Below the pieces are notes generated by a model that saw only the letters and a list, made by a program, of their open reading frames with translations, searched no databases and was not told where the DNA came from. Shown here piece by piece: positions 51,301-62,200 of a stretch of 64,000 nucleotides of DNA. The translations under genes were made by a program, and so were the position numbers. Where the stretch lies: contig JBITNC010000001.1 of NCBI GenBank assembly GCA_050084985.1, positions 17,980,001 through 18,044,000 of the forward strand, in the 5' to 3' direction. Every line of letters begins with the position of its first letter. The stretch's first letter is position 1. The DNA is from Nageia nagi (lineage: Eukaryota; Plantae; Pinophyta).

Positions 51301-52859
51301 GTTGCCCTAGCGCAATGTCCATAGATTACTTTTATTATTATTTTATTTTCAGCTATAACTATTTTTAGAAATTCAAATAATTAAAATTTTATTTAATGCC
51401 TTGTGAAGGATGAGGATTTAATCCCACATGTGTTGGAGTTAATCTTGTAATGCCATGTGGCAAGTTTTTTTTGGACCTTTGTTTATTTTCTTAAGATTCC
51501 TATTAGGGTTAGGGAAACACTTAGGGTTGCCACCATAACTATTTATAGCCCCTAAAAGCTCATTTTGGAGAGGGATTAGATAGTTTTAAAATTGCAGACT
51601 TAATAATATTTCCTAGCAAACAAGTTTGTGCTAATTGTGAATGTGTAATAATTTTCTAAGTATTGTGTATGCTCTTATTACTTGTGACTATGAACATGTG
51701 TGGTCGCTCATTGAACATGTAACGTGAATGAATGTTATTGATATTGCCATCTTGTATTGCTTTGCATTACTTAGAGCATTTCATAAATCTTGTATGAGGT
51801 GGATGAAAGAGTGCTTGAATATCCTTTGAAGTAATTTGAGTAGTGCTTGAATGCAATAGTTCATAGTTTGCATAATAGACTTGTGTATTTTGGAATGGCT
51901 CCCTATGTCGCTTAGCTTAGGAGCTTCACTCCCATGCTAAAGGCTTGCCCTTGTTTCACCAAACCCATCATCGCCTCAGCTTCACGCTCCTTTCACTAGA
52001 CCATTCGTGTTGTTGGCTAGTGAAGTGGATTAGGAGTGCATGGAACCTATTACAAGTCCGAGAAAGTCGACTTCCAAACCTTGCACCAATCGGTGAGAAG
52101 CCTTACACTAGAGCTGAACTAATATACCCATTGTCCATCCTACACTTTTTCTTTTATTTTTCATTTTCTTTGCACAGCATTTGCACCCCCTTTTACGTAA
52201 TATTCAAGAAACTGCCCTTATCAACGTATTGAGGCAATTTGAGTCCTTGATAAAATAAATGTTATTTGAGTTGGTGATAGCTTCAAACATCTTAGCCAGT
52301 CTCTAAGTCCCGTTCTTTCATATCCACAAAAGAGACTTTTGAGGTAACCAAGCGGAGAAGGGTAATGCCTTCTCACCTAAAGTGTTGGTGTCTTTGCTGG
52401 CATTACAACTTATTTGCCTATCTACAAGGTAGGAAAGAAAAACTACCCAACAACTTCAATTTGGTCTCTGCAATTAAATCTAGTCTTTGCAATCACCAAT
52501 TTGAACTCTGCTTCAATTTTTTGCAACAAGGTTCACTTCACCTCATTTTTCTACAACTGGGCTCTCATAACCTCAACGTTGTACTCTCCTCTATCTCTAG
52601 CCCAAGCTCAATGTGGAGCCTTCTTCAATCTCCGCTCTTTGCACTTCATCTCAACACCTTGTTTTCCCCTATCTCTCCAACCTCACGATTATTCTCTTGA
52701 GATTGCAGCAAATCACTTCCTTGAGATCACAACAGATCACTTCCTTCTTTAGCCGCAGCAGCACTGAGACAGTCTCATTGGCCACATCACAGCAGGAGAA
52801 CAGTCAAGTTGATTGATCTCCACACAAATTGGACATGTTTTCACTAGATCTTTTGTTCA

Positions 52860-53043
52860 TTTTTGAGTTTCCTTGCTAGGGCTTAGCCCCTCTATTGTTT
52901 TCAGCAGGTCACTTTGTTTTTGTTTGTATTTAGGGTCTCTTGGGCCCTGCATGCTGCTTTGCACACTTGTACCTTCTAGTCCCATTGACCATTTTTTGGT
53001 CACCTGTGGACGTTAATATATTTTCTTTCTTTCTTTCTTTCTT
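52860..53043 (+). mobile_element. 3'-terminal fragment of the RTE-like LINE family (copy 3) or a LINE-tailed SINE
   Basis: CATGCTGCTTT..TTGTAC..AGTCCCATTGACCATTTTTTGGTCACC..TTAATATATTTTCTTTC.. matches the 3' ends at about 42110-42186 and (minus) 11838-12000. Confidence 0.8.
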
Positions 53044-53701
53044 GCAGTCCGTTGCAAAATACAAAAAACAACCTACTATCTTTTTGTTCCCATGCAATAA
53101 TCAATTCACATGTTTTGACACTTTTCTCTTTTTCTATTTACTATGCTACTTCAAAAAAATAGAAAATGATGTCTTTTCAATGAGTAGTTACTACTTGTTA
53201 CAGCACATTTTTCCAAAGTCCAAGACAAATAATAGGTTTTTCCAAGCAAAGTCATATTTCAACCTTCAAGCAATTGCTACCATGGGCTATTACAAACTCA
53301 AAAACACAAATATAGGTCGACATTCAATAATTATGTTCCTCTTGGCATGAACAGGACCAAGATTTGTGATTATGAACTCTATGCTAATCCAATCATATAT
53401 TGCTTCTATTATAGGGTTTATTGGAAATTATTTTTGTGATATTTGACGCAATCTAGGAGTTTAGTTAAAGGGTTTTGGTTTGACTTGCATTAAAATTTAT
53501 AACTATCAATCAAAGGAGAGAAGAGTAACTATAGATTGAATCAACAATTGTTAACTTACAGTGCAAAATAATAAAGTAAATGATATTTGAATGCCAACAA
53601 ATTGGACAAGATTAAGGATAGGTGACTGCCCTTTTTCATATATTGGTGTGGAAATTTGTTATACATGTAGGATGATCATGTCTTTTATTTTATGAGCTGG
53701 G

Positions 53702-53837
53702 TGACTAGTTACTAGCTTAGTTATCTTAGACATATATCTAAAAACATCGAGAGGTATCAACTTTATGGTGCCTAAGTCTTTTCTTATAAGTGTGATTTCG
53801 AAGATATATGTCTAAGATATCTAAGCTAGTTACGTCA
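53702..53837. mobile_element. Small MITE-like inverted repeat element
   Basis: 29-bp arms ACTAGCTTAGTTATCTTAGACATATATCT (53711-53739) and AGATATATGTCTAAGATATCTAAGCTAGT (53802-53830), one mismatch. Confidence 0.75.
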
Positions 53838-55656
53838 TAATTAAAGTTAAAAATATTGAAGAAATATATGTTATTTCTAATTCATTGAGAATATTGTACA
53901 AATACGCTTGAAACAAAATATATTTTAATATTATTTTATAATTTTAATGAAAACTTTAATAAATGAACTTCCGTAATTTGTTATTTCTAATTTTTATATT
54001 TTCAATAAATATATATATAATTATTAAAGCTATGGCAGCTTCTAGTATTATATTTTTCTAATTAGATTCTATAATTTATTATTTTTAATTTTTATAGATT
54101 CAATAGTTTTAATAGATTTTATTATAAAAATTACATTTTTTAATAAAGCAATTTATGATTTCAACAAATATCATTTTGAGATCTATTTTATAAAGATTTT
54201 TTTCAGTTTTTATTATCATTTTGTTATGGATAGATCTATTATTTTAATGTTATGTAGATCTATTAATAATTTATTCATTTATTACTCATTTTCACTTTAT
54301 ACCATCTACTTTTTATATTTTGGTTGCAATATATAGATCAATAAAAGGTTTAATTTAGTTGATTAAATGAAATACATACAATTTCTAATTCCAATGTGGA
54401 TTATTAATAGTACATACAAACATACTTGATATATTTATTTGCTTATATATAGATATCAATTATTATTATATAATATTTTATTTTATTAAAAGGTTGTTAT
54501 TCTTAATTTTTTAATTTTATTATCAGTAATAAAAAAATAATTTATTTCTCGTAATATATATATATATATTGAAAAAATAATATCCAAATTTGAAATTATT
54601 TCTACATATTAAAATAATGTTAAATTTATATATTTAACATATAAATAATTTAAACTCATAAATTTACAAATCATTTAATTAAAATGTATTATTTAAAAAT
54701 AATTTTAATCTGATTTAAAATTTATTATAAAAAAATTTTACCAAAACAATTATTGAAAAAACTCATTACATGATATCAGAATGTCCATAGTTTGTAATCT
54801 ATAATAATGAGCAACGAAAAATATTTGAAACAGATGATAATGTGATAATGCACGTAACGAAAAATGGCGAGCTCTATGAAGACATTTAGTGGAAAAATAT
54901 CTAGCAACTGAATCTCCCTGGCTGGACTTACAGCCTTATATCATGACCATCAACCACAATAGCATAAACTGCATGACATTGAGAAAGGAGTTGAACAACT
55001 CTGGTTACCATGCAAATGGGAAGTCCAACAATGTACGACCTAAAAGATGCCCAAGACGAGCTTTTCATTCCATGAAAATATGGAGACTCTCATCAATATT
55101 TTGATAGCTGTTAGTTATCTGTAGATTGTTAAGTTGTTAACCAAATTGATCTGTCATGCAAAATTATTGTTGATTGGCTGAAGGACAGATGTGTGGAAGA
55201 GAAGTGATCTTCAAAAACTAAATGATTTTACTCCCAACAAAGTGCAGGAGATCAGCTAAACAATAATTTGAGATGGATGCCCTTCATTTCACATCAATTT
55301 TGAATGCACTGCAATCTACTTTGCAATTGTACAGAAACAATTCATTTGCATACCCATAAACAACAATTTTGGCAATATGAACACCCATAATAAATATATG
55401 TTATCACTATTCTGTAAATTAATGTGAAAATATCGAAGATATGTTTTGTTCATAATTTTTATATTTATATAACACTAAATTAAAAGAATTCAAAGTCGGT
55501 CAATATTTTTTAATTAATCCCCTCCCCCAGCTGCCATTGTACGATGCCTCTAGGCATAATAAAAAATCACCAAACCTTGTAAATTGGATACTTTTTATTA
55601 GGATCATGCCAGATATCTTGGGTAAAAGTTGTTTTTATCTATGAATTGATAGATAA

Positions 55657-55890
55657 GGGAGTTGGAGAGGTGGGTAGTTCAAAGCTCTCGGATACGGGAG
55701 ACCCAGGTTCAAAACTTTCTGCCCTTAAAAGTTGAACATACCTAAAATCCTATCGAGTTGATGGTAGATGCAGATAAGATGCGGATCGTGCCCCCCGTGG
55801 ATTTTGATGGCGTGGATACCCCTCAATCGCGGCTCTAAGCTTAAGAGGTCATGGTGGTCTATATCAGAGAACAAACTCCAAAAAAGAAAA
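55657..55890 (+). mobile_element. tRNA-derived SINE candidate
   Basis: GGGAGTTGGAGAGGTGGGTAG (A-box-like), GGGAGACCCAGGTTCAAA (B-box-like), GC-rich body, A-rich tail, flanking AATTGAT at 55644 and 55889. Confidence 0.6.
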
Positions 55891-56399
55891 TTGATTTTAT
55901 TTTTATGAATACATATAAATGATTAACTTTATCTAGCAATATGATAACAATCATATCTTTATGAAACACCTATATTTGAAACAGTCTGCCGTAATATTCA
56001 TAATCAAACTTCAGATGCATCAGATCTTGAATGGATCAGAGAATCCTTAAACAGATCCCAGTAAAACGACATAAATCAGCTTCAAACAGACGAGATGATC
56101 TATTTGTAGTCCATCGCCGTTGATTAGTTAAAGGATATTTCAAGTTTTAAATATCAATGACTTAAAGATATGCAGCAGTTAGCTGCTGAAAGGAACTCAC
56201 ACAACAAAACCTGATTGATCACAACATCCCAACCAATATATAGAGTCACCAGTGTAGGTTGACTCGACCACATGTGACTCTCCAAATGACTGGAATCACA
56301 ACTTTCAAACCCGGATTTAACCCCCGAGGGGTAAGCACTCCATGGAAATTCCACCAGAGACCTAGATCTAGATATTCAGTTTGGCATAAAGTACCATAA

Positions 56400-57470
56400 A
56401 TTCCACTTCAAAATCAATAAAAGCGAAATGATTGAAATTCATCATACCACTGAAAACCCCCTCAAAATCAATAAAAACTACACCTGATTGCTTAAATCCT
56501 CCACAGAATCAATGAAAAGTGGCACAATCCATGGTTGGAATCCATCATACTACTGAAACACACAACAGAATCAATCAAAACAGCCACATATATCAGCTGG
56601 AATCCAACATGACACCGAAACTTTCTTCAAAATCAACCAAACAAGGCTCACCCTATTGTTGGGATCCACCATATTAGCGAAACCCACAATAAAGCCAATC
56701 AAAAAGAGGCAAACGAATTCTATTGAAGATATTGCAACACTAAAAGCCAACTGAACTGGTCAAAACCTCGGTTGACTGGTTGGACACCCACCAATATCCA
56801 AATTCCAATGATGATGTTACAAATATGATGCTCTTTACAATGATGATGCTAATAACTTAGAATAATGTCTTGCAATGATGATGCTCGCGCTTTCATGGAT
56901 GATATTAAAGTATGTGAATGCGACTATAAAGAGCTTCTAGATGACTCTGAATTGTGCAGGTCAGGTGGGTGTCTGATATTATAAATCCCCCATTTACCAA
57001 CCCAAAAACAATTATATGAACTGAAATCAAATTAAGTAGAAATCCGTATGCTACTAAAACCCACCTCAAAATCAACATAAATACAAGCCACTTGTCAGAA
57101 TTCACCGTGACATTTAAACCCACCTCAGAATTAACCAAAACAGGCAGACACAATTGTTGCAATCCTCCACAGTAATAAAACCCACCACAAAAGCAACCAA
57201 AATAGACACAAACAATACTAGTAGTCCATCATAGAACTAAACCCCATCTAAAATTCAATTAAAAAAAATTGTAGGAAAAACCTATTTTACAAATCCCACT
57301 TCAAATAGAATCAAAACAACCACACCCAATTTTTGCAATCCACCATAACACTTAAACCAACCCCACCCAATTGCTGAAGTTTCCCACATTAGTAAAACCC
57401 AACTCCTAAATCAAATCAAAGCCATCACACTCAGCTCTACTCCAATTGTTAAACGCATCCACACATTCAA
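56400..57470. repeat. Ancient degenerate tandem array (about 55-60-bp unit) at the 5' end of intron 1
   Basis: Recurring AAATCAA(T/C)(A/C)AAA..CAC..TTG.TG.AATCCA.CATA..ACTGAAACCCAC. Confidence 0.6.
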
Positions 57471-57504
57471 CTCCCAAAAAAAAATGAAGTTAACACCAGC
57501 ATAC

Positions 57505-57744
57505 CTGCAATGGAAGGTGCTCCGAAACATTAGCTGCAGCCTGATCTGAGCCAACACTTGTTACAGATGAGGCAGCCATGACTCTCACAACCCAAGGTGC
57601 CTTCAACTTCTGATGCTTGATATCTCTCAAGAATGACAATGTCATGTAAGATCTGCACGAATTTTCTGCTAGGCCAAGGTTCATCCCCCTTGGCACCATT
57701 ACTACTGTAGTGAATCTAAGCACCTTTGAAATACTCCTAGTCAT
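57505..57744 (-). CDS. GTK: Exon 1 of the aminotransferase gene (80 codons, organellar transit-peptide-like N-terminus)
   Basis: ORF ends ...SEHLPLQ|GTATGC (phase-0 donor at 57504), joining VSHRLEKF to rebuild the family P(L/V)QVAKRLEKFK junction; Ser/Arg/Lys-rich N-terminus with few acidic residues. Confidence 0.85.
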
Positions 57745-57751
57745 GGACCAT
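57737..57751 (-). promoter_or_regulatory. Overlapping out-of-frame uORF (MVHD*) across the first ATG of the aminotransferase
   Basis: Minus strand CCC ATG GTC CAT GAC TAG; the main ATG (57744-57742) lies inside it. Confidence 0.55.
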
Positions 57752-57854
57752 GGGTTGGCAAGGTCTTTTATTCCCCAAGGACTTTGACTGATGTGTGGAT
57801 GCTCGTTTTAGCCTGTGTTTTTCATACCCGTTTCGATCAAATTTGTGATAATTA

Positions 57855-58229
57855 GGTGTGCATCCTAACTCTATGACTATAATTTTAAATTTTTTATAGT
57901 TTCTTCTTTATCTAGTTATATATTTATAATTAAGGTTTCAAGTCCTTATCATCAAATTTGATAGATTAATTACATATTGTTAGAAACTATTTAAAATAAT
58001 ATTTTTTAAAACTTATATATATAAGTGTCAATTACAACCTTTCATCAATTACACTTGCACGATTAGTTAAGCACTAAGTCATATATATGATTAATCTATC
58101 AAATTTGATGATGATAACTCGAAACTTTAATTATAAACAAATAACTAAGTGACTAAGAAGCTATAAAAAATTTAGAAGGATTCAACTTTATTAAGTCGGA
58201 TTTTAAAGGATGTAAAGTTGAAATGCACC
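57855..58229. mobile_element. Foldback/MITE-like element in the proximal promoter
   Basis: About 90-bp imperfect inverted arms (57883-57975 vs 58085-58177) sharing ATCATCAAATTTGATAGATTAAT; outer GTGCATCCTAACT / AGTTGAAATGCACC. Confidence 0.7.
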
Positions 58230-59299
58230 ATTATGAGATCTTTTCCCCTATCAATGATATATTTAAAATAAATTTAAAATGATTACTTATAATGTACTTA
58301 TTAACACAAAAATTTATAAAAGTTGATAATTTAATGCACAACTATTGGACCAAATATATTTTATGAGTGGACAAATATATGACATAGCCATTGGTACGCA
58401 CTCACCTATTGGATCCTCTCCCCTATGATATGATTTATCAACGTTTAGAATAATGTGTTCCATGTCATGAAGATGTCATGCATTTTAAGTGATTAAAGTT
58501 ATAAAAAATGTTTCATAATTTCAACAGTTCATTTATACAAATGTTAGTTTAGTTATGAGTTGCAAATTAATTTCAATTGTTAAAAGATGAATATAATAAT
58601 TAAGTTTTTATAATTATGTGGAGAGGCATTCTATAATGGTAGTTGGGAGGCGAGGATTTAAATATATCTTCATAAATATTTTTAAAAAAATAAATTCATC
58701 GATTAAATAGAAGTTTAATATTATAAAATTAAATTATAGCCGACTAATACATATGAAATTATAATAAAAAATTTATTTAAAAAAAATCAATGATTACAGT
58801 TCAATTTCGTTGATCTACCTTTCTAGGTTAAGTGGAGAATACATTTCTTCTTTACTTTTGTCTTCCCAAGATCTTTATATGCCATACACTTTGGCTTGTG
58901 TCTTTTTTTTATCTATGGGGGATACTCCCACGCTAGTTTGCAACTTCTTACTATCTATCTTTTTTTTATACTCTTTGACTTTTATTTTGCAATTGCTTCC
59001 AACTTTGTGCGTAAATAACTTATTCTTCCACTATCATTTGAGATTCTACCTATATTTTGGATCGTATTGTCTCCAATAATTTCCTCATTATAATTCCCAT
59101 ATTCTTTCCACTATTCCAAATTCCTCCTTAAAAATTATGTTGTTACATTCCAACCATAACTACCACTAAATAAAGCTCATTTTGAGCTACTAAGCTATTC
59201 TCAAAGTTTTGGATTAAAAACTATTATATGACCAATAATCCCATAATTTTTTTTATGAAAAAGACATTTTAATTAAGTAAAAAGTTTTTAACAATTAAA

Positions 59300-62200
59300 A
59301 AAAAGTTATGGGTGGTAGATTGCAAAACCCAAAGACAAATTCACCCAACCCTAACCATAGGGCTTGTAACTAACACAATCATTAAAACATGAACATATTA
59401 ACCCACACCTCAAGTTAAGATAAGCAAAATAGAGAACATCCTAACTAACAGAATGTATTCACAAAGAAACTACATAAGAAAACTGATAAAGATTAGGTTG
59501 CCTCATGAGAGGAACCCTTATGAGGTGTTTCCAAATCTATCATGTGTTTCCATTTATTAGAGGGGATAGGCCACAAATCCCAACCATCATTTGCATGAAA
59601 AGAAATTTTCTCTTTTCCCACCTCATCTACCCAACTCGTGGTAGGTTAAGTGGGAGAAGGTGGTTAAGACCACCCCCGTTACACAGGGGGAGTAATGTCA
59701 TGTGACATAATCTAGTCTACAACTAACACATATGGTGGTGGCATGTCCTAACCACTAGGAGTACGAGAGGAGCTCGTCCAAGGTTGAGACTAATGATGGT
59801 ATGCTCGTTATGACCACAAACGTAATGGAGGATGTCAGCATGAGCAGGAATGTGAACGATCTTGAGAGGCATTGTTGGGTGGTAACTTGTTGATCACATA
59901 AGGAGCATTACGCCAATACTCCATAAGGGTATGTATGTGTAGGAGCTTGAGCTCAATTTTATGAGCTTGGTCAATAATTTGTAGACATACATCAAAGAAA
60001 CTTTTATCTTATCAAAAAGAGAAAAATTAATGGAAGAAGCAATATTTTGAAAGATAATATTATTTATAGAATTCCAGATATGAAAAAGTAAACTAGTACA
60101 AAAAATATATCAAACTTCCCACAAGGGCAAAGTAAGGGTGAAAGAATCCCTAGTAAAGCATGTTGCTATAAAAATGGAGTGGGCATGTGGGGGAAAAAAA
60201 GTAAGAAACCCATTCCCATCCAAACTTGGAATGTTTGCAAGTCCAAACATTATGCATACAAGACTTTGGCTCATTACAAAAAGAACAACGAGGTACTAAC
60301 ACTCCTAGGTGATGGATATAGGACCCTAAAGGAAGACCCTTATATATTATTAGCTCAAAGCAAAAAGATATCTTTTAGGCTCAATATAAGATTCCCAAAC
60401 AAAAGAGAAATGATGTTTCCATCATGTGTGCCTTGAAATAAGATCCCATTTCTCATCTAATTGAGGAATTATGGGTCAATCTAGCCAAAGCTAGTTGTAG
60501 CTAAGGGAAGTTATCTAGATGATAATAGGGGTATTAATATGCCAACACCAGTCCTTCCACTAAGGTTTATGAGAGTGGACACATATGTTATGAAAAGTGG
60601 AATATGATTTGAGCTTCAGAATGATATCATATGTATCCTTTCCTACATTAGTTAGAAGAAAAGTACATTTGAAATTATCCCAATGGATCCAATCCCTCAT
60701 GTACTTAAAGAAGAAATTGGTAATTGAAATAATGCCTCTCTTGTAAAACTTTCTAGCATGAACCCATTGGATTTGCATGAAGGTTGTGCCTTTGTAGTAA
60801 AAGAAATAAGGCCACCAAATGTTGATCTTCTTAACAGATAAGCCTTTGTGCAAACTATTTCCTTTCCATTTGATCCACAAAATAATTTGATGCCATACCT
60901 TCCAAATGCTTTTACCACAAAAAAGCTTAGAATCTTAACAATTACTAGAGAAAAGATTAACTAAGGGAAACTTGTACCTTTCCAAGCTTTTCGATTGAGA
61001 GGTAAATTGATAGAGATAAAGTGTCAAATAAAAATTTATCATGCTTCTAAGCCTTTTAGAGCTCAAATGATCCATTTAGTATAAATATCCATACCATGTC
61101 ATTTGCATTCTAGCAATCCCACACCACCCAACTCCCTAGGGAGGCAACAGGTACTCCATGCAACTCTACAAAATCCTTTTTTCTCAGTATTACTAGTCCA
61201 TAGGAAGTCTCATAAGAGTTTTTTCTAGCTTATTATAATATGCTTATGAAGTAACCCAACAAGAAGAATAATAGACATTATGGAAGCTAGAACTTTATAA
61301 TAGATTTAAATTTTTTTCAACTAAGGAAAGCTTATTATAGTTTTAATAATCTTGTTTTTTTCATCTTGTTGATCACATAGCTCCACATCTAGGAAGGAGA
61401 CCCATGAAAAGAAAATAGAATCCTTAGGATTTTGAAAACTTATCTAGGGAGAATCCAATTCCATTGGAATTTTATGAGCAATATGGGCTTGGGAAAAGGA
61501 GATTATCTATAGAAAAAGGTGTTCTTCCATTAAATGTTAGAACTTGAGGCCTTGCAAAATGTTTCTAGGAACTCTATTGCTTCAGAGATAGATTACTCAT
61601 CTTCTAGAATGGTAAGGAAGGATTCATTTGTAAAATGATCATTGATGAGATAACCTTGGATATCAAGCAAGGCTATCCCTTAAATTTTTCCTTTAGAATA
61701 ATATCAAGCCAGGAGGTATCCAAAAGCTTATGCTACTAAAACAACACATCCTTGCCTTACAAATCGATTAACCCTATTGGCTTTTATTTAGAAAATTTTT
61801 AGAGAAAGAACTATAGACACATATCAAAACAACATCTAAATTAACTTGATGAATTAAGGTCCAAAACCTAAAGCCTCCAACATGGAGAATATTAACATTC
61901 ATCCAATTCGATCATATGGCTTCTCAAAATATAGCTTAAGGAAGAGGGCATGTTGGTTGGACATGTGAGACCATTAAATGCCTTACCAAATAATAATAAC
62001 ATTATTTAGGATTTATCTATTATGAATGAAACCAATTTTCTGATGGAAGATAATAAATGGAAGTAAATAACTAATTCACAAGGCAAGTGCCTTAGCAATA
62101 ATTTTATAATTAACATTCAAGAGAGTGATAGGTCACCAATTGATGATGAGCTTTAGGTCCCCTTACTTGGGGATAAACTTGTTGTTATCCTTATTAACGA

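Larger units (their letters stand above)
46458..52426 (+). mobile_element. Approximately 6-kb TG..CA element E with an internal degenerate accessory ORF and no gag/pol (possible giant solo LTR of an Athila/Tat-like gypsy)
   Basis: Starts TGCACTC and ends CTACA; repeat-rich 5' part (GCATGCGCCAAG/AAAAGACAA); TATA (CTATATAAAGG) at about 47795; ORF remnants 48018-51300; no PBS, PPT or RT seen; TSD not found. Confidence 0.6.
45783..52826 (-). mobile_element. Copia-like LTR remnant (about 45783-46457 plus 52427-52826) split by element E; ends approximate
   Basis: ACACCAAGATTTATAGTGGAAACCCAATGTGGGTAAAAACCA is a typical reverse-oriented U5 motif; C/T-rich LTR-like sequence on both sides of element E; ends CTCCACACA; TSD not resolved. 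Confidence 0.5.
44145..57504 (-). other. Intron 1 of the aminotransferase gene (13,360 bp, GT-AG)
   Basis: Donor and acceptor as above; phase compatible. Confidence 0.85.

Noticed and set aside
55657-55730. Functional tRNA gene
   Set aside because: No convincing cloverleaf; continues into a body and A tail, so it was called a SINE instead
59500-60026. Possible separate plus-strand non-LTR insertion ending TTATCAAAAAGAGAAAAA inside the L1
   Set aside because: The tail is suggestive, but no TSD or family match could be supported
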